Below, in pieces: positions 11,401 to 21,046 of a DNA stretch of 64,000 nucleotides. Origin of the DNA: Trypanosoma brucei (lineage: Eukaryota); NCBI GenBank assembly GCA_000002445.1, contig CP000070.1, positions 2,080,001-2,144,000 of the forward strand, written 5' to 3'. The notes under the pieces are model-generated. The model had not been told where the DNA came from, made no database searches, and was given only the letters and a program-made list of their open reading frames with translations. Numbering within the stretch: the first letter of the stretch is position 1; each line of letters starts with the position of its first letter. Both the position numbers and the translations under genes were made by a program.

Positions 11401-12385
11401 ATGCATTTTCCGCGTCGATGGAGAGCCCACGTGCCAGTAGTAGGTCTAGTACAACCGGGTGCGCCACCGCGTAGTGTATGAGCGTGTAGCGACCATCCAT
11501 AGAAACATGCCACAGGTCATCACCGGCATCGAGAAGAATTTCTACAAGTTCTTTATCGCCCTGCGAACAAGCACGTGCAAGCAGCGTTTGATTGGCGTTC
11601 ACCAAACGGTGAAACGTACATGGCGCGCCATAGTACAGGAGCAACTCAACTGCTGCTGCATCCTTGCGTCTCAGGGCGATGTCCATAGCTGTCCATCCAT
11701 TCACTGAGGACCGTGCATTGAAGTCAATTAATACCCCGTCGAGATGCGGGTTCACATCGGACAGGATACCCAGTTGTTGTATAAAAGGAAGTTCAACCGG
11801 CAACCTAGACGCTTTTCTGGCACCACGTTTGCTTGTTACAGGTGACAAACTTCTTCCCCAATTATTTGGGGGATACGCAGATGACGATGCTGTGTTCGAT
11901 TTCCCAAGGCTACCACCGCTGCACTGAGCAGCCATTCCTAGCAGCGCGGGGTCCATTCGACACACCCGCCTAATAAAGGAAACAGGAAGGGGTCGTGGTT
12001 CTCCCACGAGGGCAAGCACTTGCAACAGCAGCGGCAGCTGACCCATTTGAAGAATCAAATGTAATATCGTACCCTCCTCAACTGTATCTGATGTTTCGTC
12101 CCTGTCCCGCATCGGCACCCGTTGTGAGACATCCGCCCCCCGTTCCACAAGCCACTTCATGGTGGCCACACATTCCGCATTACAGAGGCCGCGAAGTAGT
12201 AGCGCAATGAGCGGCGGTACGGGGGTTTGATGGAAGGGAACGGGCTCAGGTGCTGACGGATCCGCACCGTTGCACACTACCTTGTCGGCCTCCGAAATGT
12301 CGTTTTGTAGACAGGCTCGCATCAATTGACTGTTCCATGTGTTATTTGGGTCCTCTACCATACGTGGCCTAGGTCTGGGTGGCAT
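8432..12385 (-). CDS. Ankyrin-repeat protein, 1317 aa
   Basis: Many ANK modules, e.g. GRTPLHYAAMYGNTSVVRLLL, GRTALHLAVLARQLDVVEILL, GWTAMDIALRRKDAAAVELLLYYGA and TLLHRTVAQGMLPMLQVLLEYYADPN. The regions between them are low-complexity Ser/Gln-rich. Confidence 0.85.
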   Translation of the reverse strand: MPPRPRPRMVEDPNNTWNSQLMRACLQNDISEADKVVCNGADPSAPEPVPFHQTPVPPLIALLLRGLCNAECVATMKWLVERGADVSQRVPMRDRDETSDTVEEGTILHLILQMGQLPLLLQVLALVGEPRPLPVSFIRRVCRMDPALLGMAAQCSGGSLGKSNTASSSAYPPNNWGRSLSPVTSKRGARKASRLPVELPFIQQLGILSDVNPHLDGVLIDFNARSSVNGWTAMDIALRRKDAAAVELLLYYGAPCTFHRLVNANQTLLARACSQGDKELVEILLDAGDDLWHVSMDGRYTLIHYAVAHPVVLDLLLARGLSIDAENALGESALVSLICYGQGCNGEHGIRDAVRPLDAVRLASLPGPAVKNYILAPQTTSTAGSASRHPKPSTAAGNAADTDCPGVPRDADAWWHFLPGNCSTWELIQTLCDREANVHGNLAPIDSNRLIRRSAENKRTTMVTHQYEVGATSSPWLLPDFKKGSLVPSLPTSPGTSRDDVGLSAASPAAAASTTQTNQSTPSRQLGNSRSDQLLPTVQQVGRMTPLMHAIVAHHPELIRRFIVDYRVDPMVQDAQGACALHYGAIALHPSVMELLLSHINVNPEKRYDINVQDCCGRTPLHYAAMYGNTSVVRLLLNSTSGNSNAGAGSYSLNAAQPSKTDHAGRTALHLAVLARQLDVVEILLHHSESAAVVSNADTSVLSPHSQAPATKRRQHRTGSGFRRRYRQPAASSEPVAGDTVAHSLDVEARDTALGFTALEMAVRETHDVEAARLLLNLGVACVRHASGMPSGGTLLHRTVAQGMLPMLQVLLEYYADPNEVDDIEQTPLFLATQSTLPVAVDMVRELLSFKATVEVQSGHTLETPLIIAARRGRADMVDLLLHQRQDSRSGRRLGAYTARRSRGRFGNHDNSNNTTVSSHTPPNHNHPVSVLNLSMQSRSRHSISSQQRLGDRPKKSVNTPRNRRGGRQGKAGARTQSSARANQQKQQKSAERDASSVSATSDVDDEVFNAGQNAMSEGVNINLAGTTGTTAGAANSCCEYSVSSLDSEGNQPPVLTVGIHHLLCTDKQVRTALHHLCSHSDPVVQQELLPHIRDVLSCTLAQTLVLQVDAMGRLPIHDACASGFADAVTELLNHDTGNCAFFLDARGSLPLHYAVTADSEACLRALLRNVNVYAPCTLRGASTTVEDPRVVPITQRILTHHRGTHYSKVTCVLRDEGCRENHVETVWDYLNVYDGMGRTPLVLAAELGRCRVAKFLTSLLKQRKTHKQLNPLEPQGVTVLRCSSSSSIPCDSTVTACMLTAEPSAINTPSRGDCRA

Positions 12386-13413
12386 CTTGCTATATATATA
12401 TATCTATCTACTTACCTGTCAATGTTTCTGGTAATGAGTATACTGCTTTCAACAGTATCAATCCCCTCTTCTTTGTTTCTTTTTTTTTTTCTTGTTGCGA
12501 TCTATCTACTCCGTTATTCTCTCTTTCCCCCCTTATTCTCCTTCTCCCAAGCTTCTGCCTCCTCACCAGTTTCTGACTGTGTCTCCGAACACGTCTTGTC
12601 AGACTGTAAGGGTTTGTTTGCTTGAGGAAGAGAGGGAGAAGCTAAATTCGCTTCCAGTGGTAGTAACAGCTCCAGCAGCAACGGAGATGAGAAACACTTT
12701 ACGATCCTCCACCTTTTGGATATTTTATAGTTGCGTCTCAGCACGCGCCTGTGCAATGCCCTACTGACGGCCACAGTGTCGAAGACCTGAGGGGGAATAC
12801 TCGTTTCCTCACCAATCCCTTTCAGGACTCTGTTGTGTACACTCGTGCAATACATGTATGCGTACGTGGACAATGAGAGATGGGTGAAAAGGAAAGGGGA
12901 AGAAAAAGTTGTGGGCGCAGCAGCCAAGAACGGGGAGCGATACGAAAGTAGAAGAAAAAACAGACTCATGCGTAGCCAGTAGCGTAACTGCATACCTCTG
13001 TAAGCTCACCTGCCCTAGCAAAAGGATCGGACATAGGCACGTATGCAGAGTGCTTACTTGCGTGCTGTCCAGTACTTTAATTGGTGTCGTGCACATTTTA
13101 CACCCCTCCCCCGCAAAAAAAAAAGGAAAGCGTTGGTAAGTTCGCACTGTCACTGGCACTGAAAATAATAGTGGTGTACGGGGAGGAAAGTAAGAAGGGA
13201 CAGAGGTGAAGACTAAAGCGAAACGGAATGAAGGGTTAGCCGACATTTGAGACGTTTCTCCTCCAACCGCATTGAAGGCACCAAGTAAGTATACATAAAT
13301 ATATATGTATAAAAATAAATATGGTTTAACCCCACTGTACGTGCATACCGTTTGAACTCATACCTAATACTCAAGGCGTCCCCGGGAGTGGAGTGCAGAA
13401 ACTTCTATCTTAG

Positions 13414-16400
13414 CTATTGAGGGGGGTCCAGCTGTAATCTGAGAGCATCGCGAGCCTTGTACAGCTCCGCCAACTGCTTGTCAGCAGCTGGATCACCTGT
13501 CGATCGATACTCAGGTGCATATGGATTCGGTGCATCAAGCCCCGCCCCTCCCGCGCTAATTCCAGAGGTAACTCCGTAGCCGTTCCCATTATTGTCGTTA
13601 ATGGCACCGCTGCTTGAACCACCAGTCCAGCCATTCCGGAGTGCCGACCCGCCGAGAGGGACCATGGTGGATGGTTGACCCAACCTGTTATTTGGTGTGC
13701 TCTGCTGCGACAGTGTGGCAGGGACGGAGTGGTGCAACCGGCCGCACTCCGTGTCACTAGAAGCCCTCGTGTGGGTGGGCGCACTTCCCAAGCCACCGGT
13801 GTGAAGAAGACCGCCACGTAACTGCATGCCGCCATCACAACCCCACGATCGTCTCGAAGACAGTCCCTCCCGCAACGGTGGTAAGTCCGGCATCGACGCC
13901 GAAGCTGGTTTCTGTTCACCTAGTTGCTGTTTCGACTGCATTTGCTCCTGTAAGAAGTTGAGACGAGGCTTAAAACATGTTGGCCGCCCTGGCGACGCTG
14001 CCGCAGCCGTTGGTGGTGCTTTTTCTGTCGGGGGCGGTATTGTTGCTGTCGTCACCGCCGCCGTTGTAGTGGGATTAACCTGTGGGGTGGCAATGTTGTT
14101 GCTCATTGTTGTGGTATTGCTAGCAATGCTAACACCGTTACTGCTACCACTGCTGTCAGCATTCTTATAGCCCCCTGCTTTGACGGCCATGATAAGCTGC
14201 TTCTGCCTAATTTGAAGCCAATCCTCAAAGTCTTTTGTCAGTTGCTCTTGAGCGCGCTTCATGAAGAGATGCATGGCATCAATAGACTCTTTCTGCTGCC
14301 GCAATGAGGCTGCAAGATCATTATATGACGTTTTATGTGCTGCCAATTCCTCCAACGCGTTACGCTCCGCCTCGTCCACTTCCTCCACTCCCTGCAAAAC
14401 TCTTTCCGCACGCAGCCGCTGGATGCAGCCCTTCAGTTTCCGGATCTGGTCGACTACTTCATTCAACTGTCGTGCTGTAGTCTTACACGTCTCGTAGCGA
14501 GCCTTAAGTTCCTGCTTGTTGGACTCCATTTGTGCACACTGGCGATAGGAGCGACTGAATGCTTCGAAAGCAGTGGCGCGGTCCTGAAGCAACTCCGCGT
14601 CCGTAAGGGAAGAAAGATCATATACCTCGTTAAGCTGTTGTTGTTTCTCGAAGAACTCATCCACCGCTGTGACTTCGGCTGGTGCGAGGCGCTCACAGGC
14701 CATGCGACGAAGCGCCTGTGGTGAGTCCTGACCGTCATATCTGATGCTGCCGGCGTTGCTTGAGTGACCCGCCTCAACCACGTTCATACCGTGGGGCTGC
14801 TGAGCAGCAGCGGCGCTAGCGTACATGTGAGCTCCATTTGATGGGTGGCCCAGGGGCTTCTGAAACGGTGCTGCATGGCCCCCCTCTACTGATCCTCCGG
14901 TTCCGGGTGCAGTCTTAGTGCGACTTGCGTAGTTACTACTTTCACCATCGTCTGCTCCCGTCTGGGTTTCAGCATTATACTTTGCCCTGTGCACCTTCTG
15001 CAGCGCGTCGAAGAGCATGTTCATTTCATTTTCCTTCTGCTTCACACAAAGTTCAAGAGCGTCCACACGGGAACGGTACATATCAAGCTGTTGTTGTTGC
15101 TGTTCACTGAGTCCTCCACTGCTACCTGCGCCACAGCCGCCAACCCTGACACCTGCACCCCCTTCCGCCAACATGCGTTTCAACACATCAAAACAATAAT
15201 AAATGCGGGCCAAATCGCCGTCGAATCCCTCAAGTTTTGCATTCCCATCTGTGGCGGCGATGAACCGTTTCACCATTTCTTCACATCGCAGCTTTTCATC
15301 ATCACTCAGGTCACGGTCAGGTGCGCCCCCACCGTCTTTGGTATAGAAGGCTAACCGGTCACGCATCTGCTGCAGTTCCGCCTTCAGTTTGCGCACCAAG
15401 ACGTGTGGGTCCACTTCTTCATTGACATGCGCATCTTGCTTGATGAGAGCCACGCGCTGTGCAAAACGGCATGTGCTAATCGTCTCGGGTAGTTGATCCA
15501 CAGCAGGATGGGCGGTGGCCAACATACTAGTTTTGCAGTTTGGTCCTAATGAATCCCGTAACACCATCGTCATGAAGGAGTTACGGAAGGGAACGTGCTC
15601 ACGTCGACCATTGGCCTGCTCACTAAGCGCCATAATGACCTGCTCGAGGTAGTGCAACGAAAGGTTAATATATTTGGCTTCTGTGAGCACTGTCCCGCTA
15701 ACGCCCGTTTTCGCCACCCGTTCACTACCGGCCAAATCTACGAAGTGAAGCTTGGAGCGGCGCACTACCGACGCTCCATGTGGTCTTGCTTCCAGGTAGA
15801 TGGTAAAAACGCAGTGCGAGCGGGACGACGTTTTGTTCATGGGCGTCTCACAGTAAAGCCGATTTGTATCGCCGAGGAACAACAGGTTCAGCGCGTCTTT
15901 TGGGGTTGCGGCGGAGTGCTGCGCTAAACCACGGAGTGCCACCTCATCGCTATCACTTCCGCCATCGTGAATAGTCACCACAGGGAGGTCCTCCAACTTT
16001 CGCGCGTCGTGGCCGCGATTGAGGAGGTCTTGTCCCTTATCATTGTATATCTGCAGGTAAGAGATGGCTACGCTGTACGTCCCCTCCTGTTGCTGCCGCC
16101 GCGCAATTTCCTCATATAACAGGGCCAGCGCACGCGGGATGATACCTCGGTCCTCGTAACTCTCCGCGCCACCCGTAATGCTATGCGTTTTGCCACTACC
16201 CGTTTGACCGTAGGCAAAAACGGTGCTGTTGTAGCCATCGAGTGCGGCTAACACGCAGTCTTTTGCCACGGTGTTGAACACATCCGCCTGCGTAGCATTG
16301 GGCTCAAAGGCGCGGCGGAATGTGAAGGTAAAATCCTCTCGAGTGTTGTTTACCACATCTGCGTCTGTCCGCCGGTCCACGTGGAAGCGGACGGTGGAGT

Positions 16401-16539
16401 GTTCAAAGGTATGCTCCACGGAGTAGTTTTGCGTGTCATCAGCACCCCGTACAGAACCAACACCGTTAAGGGGACGCGGAAGACCCTTCGCGGCCGGACG
16501 GATGCGGAGGAACACGCGAATACCCTCCGACTTCCCCAT
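13414..16539 (-). CDS. Kinesin-like protein with an N-terminal motor and long coiled-coil, Gln/Gly-rich tail
   Basis: P-loop GQTGSGKTHSITG, switch I SSRSHCVFTIY, switch II DLAGSERVAKTG, neck IRVFLRIRP. The tail is heptad-like and Q-rich. Confidence 0.9.
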   Translation of the reverse strand: MGKSEGIRVFLRIRPAAKGLPRPLNGVGSVRGADDTQNYSVEHTFEHSTVRFHVDRRTDADVVNNTREDFTFTFRRAFEPNATQADVFNTVAKDCVLAALDGYNSTVFAYGQTGSGKTHSITGGAESYEDRGIIPRALALLYEEIARRQQQEGTYSVAISYLQIYNDKGQDLLNRGHDARKLEDLPVVTIHDGGSDSDEVALRGLAQHSAATPKDALNLLFLGDTNRLYCETPMNKTSSRSHCVFTIYLEARPHGASVVRRSKLHFVDLAGSERVAKTGVSGTVLTEAKYINLSLHYLEQVIMALSEQANGRREHVPFRNSFMTMVLRDSLGPNCKTSMLATAHPAVDQLPETISTCRFAQRVALIKQDAHVNEEVDPHVLVRKLKAELQQMRDRLAFYTKDGGGAPDRDLSDDEKLRCEEMVKRFIAATDGNAKLEGFDGDLARIYYCFDVLKRMLAEGGAGVRVGGCGAGSSGGLSEQQQQQLDMYRSRVDALELCVKQKENEMNMLFDALQKVHRAKYNAETQTGADDGESSNYASRTKTAPGTGGSVEGGHAAPFQKPLGHPSNGAHMYASAAAAQQPHGMNVVEAGHSSNAGSIRYDGQDSPQALRRMACERLAPAEVTAVDEFFEKQQQLNEVYDLSSLTDAELLQDRATAFEAFSRSYRQCAQMESNKQELKARYETCKTTARQLNEVVDQIRKLKGCIQRLRAERVLQGVEEVDEAERNALEELAAHKTSYNDLAASLRQQKESIDAMHLFMKRAQEQLTKDFEDWLQIRQKQLIMAVKAGGYKNADSSGSSNGVSIASNTTTMSNNIATPQVNPTTTAAVTTATIPPPTEKAPPTAAAASPGRPTCFKPRLNFLQEQMQSKQQLGEQKPASASMPDLPPLREGLSSRRSWGCDGGMQLRGGLLHTGGLGSAPTHTRASSDTECGRLHHSVPATLSQQSTPNNRLGQPSTMVPLGGSALRNGWTGGSSSGAINDNNGNGYGVTSGISAGGAGLDAPNPYAPEYRSTGDPAADKQLAELYKARDALRLQLDPPQ

Positions 16540-16607
16540 TACGAATCAAAGAAAGATAATGGGGATTAGCGGTAGGGTTTTCTTTTGTTTTTTTTTCTTT
16601 TCCGACA

Positions 16608-16665
16608 CTGAGCGAGTAGACTAGAGAGGGCGAGGGAAAGAGAGGTAGCGGGGAAAAACTCTTAG
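16608..16665 (-). promoter_or_regulatory. Candidate polypyrimidine tract / spliced-leader acceptor region upstream of the kinesin gene
   Basis: The + strand is purine-rich (gagcgagtagactagagagggcgagggaaagagaggtagcggggaaaaactc), so the minus strand is a CT-rich tract 70-125 nt 5' of the ATG at 16539. AG dinucleotides follow it. Confidence 0.4.
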
Positions 16666-17039
16666 CGCTAGGCTGTGCGCAGCGGACCCTGCCAATATAC
16701 ACAAAAATATATAAGAAATACTTCCTAGGTTCACTATCGCGTTTCGCTTTGTTTCTAGTATCCTGTACGACTACTAAATACACGCGTATGTTTATGTGTG
16801 TTGTTATGTCACAAAAGGAAGAGAACGGGGAAAAGAAAAGCAGACAAAGAGGGCATTTAAATAAATAAATATATCTCTTTATTCGCTAGCAAATGATAAG
16901 ATATTGCACTGGTACATGCAGACGCAGCCCACAGACCATTACCGCCATCAAGTGCTCAAAACACACATGTAGTCGCACAATCACTTCACCTCTTTAAAGG
17001 AGACGCCACCTCAGTAACTTCCTTCTTCGCAGCTTCCTC

Positions 17040-17060
17040 ATCATCATCATCATCATCATT
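17040..17060. repeat. (CAT)7 microsatellite in an intergenic/UTR region
   Basis: catcatcatcatcatcatcat. Confidence 0.9.
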
Positions 17061-18060
17061 CATTTGCTGCTGCACCCACTTCACCTCTACCAACAGGTTG
17101 AGTCATTTATTTCATATATTATTAGTTCCCCTAATGCACACAGGTACACAAAAGCTCATTGAGTGTTTCCTTCTTTTCCCTTGACGCCACGGTACCCGCC
17201 ATTTATGTCCACCAGCATCACGTGGGAGTCGAGGGTAAAATAATTATTGACGCCCAGTACGAAATAATGAATGTGAACGTGTTTTCGAGTTTAAACATTT
17301 GGCCCTACAACGGTTAGTAAGATAAACATTTTTCTTCCTAAAGGAAAAAAACCAAAATACAAAACAATAAGGTACAAGGAGGAAGCATAGTGATTACCAG
17401 TTAAGGTCACGGCAATATTACTTTGACTTCCGGTTATTACGCAGTAATCGCTTTCTTCTTTTTCACCATTCATGTGTGTCTGTGGTCCCGACGCAAAAAG
17501 AAAAAAAAGTAGAGTATATTCATAGCAAAGCAGGTAGAGATGCGAGAAATTAAACAATACCGTGCGGTATAATAAGAATCGTGAGCAACGGTAAAAGAAA
17601 AAAAACAAAGGCGAAAAATAGACGACGACGACGACAAAATGATGGGCCATGATAGGAATAGGGTTAAGCAAAAACAACAACAACGACAGTGACATCTCGC
17701 CTGAAAGAGTAGAAGTATCCGCGCAGCATTTATTCTAATCGCACCAAACGCAGGAAAGAAAAACTAGCGGGTGGTGCGGATGTCCACAGAGAACAACACC
17801 AATTTCAACTAAATGCAGACGTAGAAGAAATCTCACATGCTTCCTACCCTATAACAAGTTTTAGGTATTTTTGTGCAGGGTCTCACACCCTCACCCCTCA
17901 ACCACGTTCATTTTTCGCTTGACAATGTACCACATCTATGTGTTTTTCGTGGCGAAAAAAAAGAAAAGAAAAAAAAAGGATCACAAGTTCGGAGAAATAT
18001 TTCCCATGAACGGCCAAATAACACTTGAGACATACAAACCCGCGGCAGTTGCAAGGCCCA

Positions 18061-20427
18061 TTAAGACTTCAGGAAGCTTCGTTGGATACTCTCAAGCATT
18101 TTCATTTGCTCAATCGTACTCGAGATGACATCTTCTAACATCTCCCCGCTGTCGCACAGCTCCTCTAGAGGTTGGGTTTGTGGGTCACTTCCTTCATGCT
18201 TGTCAGAAGCGGCCACAGCAATTAATGGCGTGGCCGGTGGCGTCTTTCCGGTGCTGCGCAATGAGGTTTGAGTAGCGTTAAGTGGGGTTTGGGCGCTTAT
18301 GCTTCCCACCACCCGCAGGGCTCCGGATTCACTTACGCTACGCTGACTTTCCGCCGCCGGTGCAGCAGTGAAGGGTGAAGGCGCTGGGCGTCTCGGGCGC
18401 ATTGGAGAGCCCGTAAGAGTACCCAGCCGTGAGAGTGGCGTTGGACTTTGCGAAACAGACCGTTGTTGCTGTTGCTGTTGTTGTTGTTGCACCTCGGGTT
18501 TCTGTTGAAAAAGTTGCAATCCCTTCAAATTCTCTAGTACCTGTTGTTGCTGTAGTACTTGTAACTGCTCCAGCTGCTGAAGTGCTTCCGGTAAAGGCAA
18601 CTCTTGCTGCGGCGGCTCAATTTCTTGTGACTGTGTTTGCTCCTTACCATGTCCTTCAAGCGAAGCAGATCCACCACTTGGGTTGCCGCTGTTCTCTTCT
18701 GCTTCCTCCTCGGTTACCTTCTGCGTGTTACTTTCGTCGTGATCCATGTAAATGGGCATCGACGGATGTAGGAAGGAAAGTGGCACATCATCGCGCAGCA
18801 TCACACTACCAAGATATAAAACTTGCTGCGCAGCGCTCACTCCCAGCTGCTTCTCCACCTGCATTTTAATGTAACGCACAGTGTAATGACCGAGATTTGC
18901 ACTCGGTACTGCCACTTGGAGCGATACTGAGTTAATTTGATCACTGCTAGTCTTGGATTCATTCACTACTTCTTTCTTTCCCGCGTCAGCACGGTCAACG
19001 CCGTTCTCCCCACTGGTTGTGCCTTCACCCGCGACCACCTTTGGCTTATTACTTTTTCCGGTGATGGTAAAGGTCGTCGTTTCCACTGCCACATCCAATG
19101 AGTCCGTTGAAACAGAAGGAACCTTGGATGGGGATGTTATTCCCTCATCCTCGCTTACATCCACCATCGGCGCCGCTACCTCTACCCACGTCAGTGCAGG
19201 AGAGGGAACATGCACTCTGTACGTCTTGATAAAGTTGCATATCTCATCATTCAGTGTTCCGCGCCGGGAGGAGGACGTTCGGGTGCGCTCTCTGTTTCGC
19301 GTTGCTGCTTCTATGGTTGCGACATCCAAATCAGCCCTGGGCTTCCTTGAACGGCGCACTGGATCGCGCGTTTCATAACTTTTCGTGGTATCCTTCACCT
19401 CATGGTGCCGAGGCACGGCGGCGCAGGACTCGGAGGCTGTAAGTTTTTTTCTATGATTCCCTGAAGTGGACCTGTGCTTTGCGCTAGTGGCACGCCTGGC
19501 CGAAGCCATCTTTTCTGCAGCAGCGTTGTAGAGCACCTTTAATGCGTCATTCAGTGCTTGTTTCTCCTTTCCACGTTCTCGCCCACTCTGTTTGTCGGCA
19601 GAGTGCACTCGTTCTCTATGCCGTCGCTTTTGCGAGTGATGACGCTGCTGTTGCTGTTCCATCAGGCGGCGCTGCTGGCGATGACTGTTATAATAACCAG
19701 ACTCCACTTCAGCAGTAGTGGACGACCGAAGCGGCGATGGGGCGAGCACCTCTCCCAAGGCGAAACGCCGCTTTAATGCATTCCTCTCGCGATTTCCAAC
19801 ATCAGAAGGGCTGCCACAACTGGCAGGCCAACCGTCCATCGTTCCGTATGGGCTTCCGCTGATGTAGCTAACATCGTTGTCCAAGCAAATTGCAACGTCG
19901 TTGTTGTCATTGCCCGCCGTGACATGTAAATTGCCGCTGCCATCACTGTTAGTCTCTCTGTTGGTACCGCTATCGTGATTTTTTACCAGCCCCTTGTTGT
20001 TCTCTATGACACTAGGGGTTTCATCACTGCACACTACCATGTTGGTGCTGTCGACATTACCGTCCCCAATGTTATTCTCCCCATCGGTGTTCATATGGCA
20101 ACCAGTGACACTCGTGTCACATTCACGTGAATCATCGCGGCGGTGAACCACACGGCGAACGAGAGGAGGTGCGGAAGGCGGTGGCGAGCGATTAACTTCC
20201 GCACCGGACAATAACCCGTTTACAGGAGGGCAGCGCCAGGGTGGTTTCCCAGCCTGCAACACCGAACGTACACGAAGACTCAAATGCTTCAAATCAACAT
20301 CCGAACATCGATTTTCGGAACCGTCGCTTCCCAACGTCGGCGAATGCTCGCTGGAATGCGGGATCGATGAAACGAAGAGAGAGGGCGACGTCAGAGGGAT
20401 CAAAGGGGGTTCCGCACCGACATGCAT
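18061..20427 (-). CDS. Hypothetical Gln-rich protein, 788 aa
   Basis: Long ORF on the transcription-unit strand. It has a poly-Q tract (QQQQQQQQQ) and basic Ser/Arg-rich segments. I see no recognisable catalytic motif. Confidence 0.65.
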   Translation of the reverse strand: MHVGAEPPLIPLTSPSLFVSSIPHSSEHSPTLGSDGSENRCSDVDLKHLSLRVRSVLQAGKPPWRCPPVNGLLSGAEVNRSPPPSAPPLVRRVVHRRDDSRECDTSVTGCHMNTDGENNIGDGNVDSTNMVVCSDETPSVIENNKGLVKNHDSGTNRETNSDGSGNLHVTAGNDNNDVAICLDNDVSYISGSPYGTMDGWPASCGSPSDVGNRERNALKRRFALGEVLAPSPLRSSTTAEVESGYYNSHRQQRRLMEQQQQRHHSQKRRHRERVHSADKQSGRERGKEKQALNDALKVLYNAAAEKMASARRATSAKHRSTSGNHRKKLTASESCAAVPRHHEVKDTTKSYETRDPVRRSRKPRADLDVATIEAATRNRERTRTSSSRRGTLNDEICNFIKTYRVHVPSPALTWVEVAAPMVDVSEDEGITSPSKVPSVSTDSLDVAVETTTFTITGKSNKPKVVAGEGTTSGENGVDRADAGKKEVVNESKTSSDQINSVSLQVAVPSANLGHYTVRYIKMQVEKQLGVSAAQQVLYLGSVMLRDDVPLSFLHPSMPIYMDHDESNTQKVTEEEAEENSGNPSGGSASLEGHGKEQTQSQEIEPPQQELPLPEALQQLEQLQVLQQQQVLENLKGLQLFQQKPEVQQQQQQQQQRSVSQSPTPLSRLGTLTGSPMRPRRPAPSPFTAAPAAESQRSVSESGALRVVGSISAQTPLNATQTSLRSTGKTPPATPLIAVAASDKHEGSDPQTQPLEELCDSGEMLEDVISSTIEQMKMLESIQRSFLKS

Positions 20428-20480
20428 TCGGTATGGTACGTATCTATGTACTTATATCAACACTGTTGCCTAAATAAGTG

Positions 20481-20516
<36 letters not shown>
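20481..20516. repeat. (AT)13(GT)5 compound microsatellite
   Basis: atatat...gtgtgtgtgt. Confidence 0.95.
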
Positions 20517-21046
20517 ATACGTTTGCGCTTATGCGCCTGTGAGCGTCACTTCTAATCTATTTAGGGGCTATAAGAGTAGAGAGACGGTAAAATGCAGCTG
20601 TCCTGGGTGAGTGAAAGGGAGAAAGCAATCAGATAACAATATTTTCTTTTATTGTTAGGAGAAAAAAAAAACCCGCAATATCCGGCCGGATTGCCGCTTG
20701 CGCTGCCATGCTTTAGTGTTTCCTTCCTCTTCCACTTGACGAGATCGTCCCCCTAGTCTGATACGCAAACTCGACTTTCCCATCTCTTCATCTCTACATG
20801 CCAACCTCACGTCAAGTCCGTACACGTATATCGGAAAAACGCGTTGAGTTCCCTCTCCCTCTCCCTCTCCCAATCCAATGCCGGTATAGGCGCAACAGGG
20901 GTGTTGAAGGCAAACGACAGCTCCATGCCACATGTCAACGTGAAGAAGATCCCAGAAAAGCACATGTATACAAGCACCTCATTGTTTTTTTAAAAAGCGC
21001 CGCCACTCCCCCCCCCCCAAAGAAAATGAATAAATTAGCACGGAAA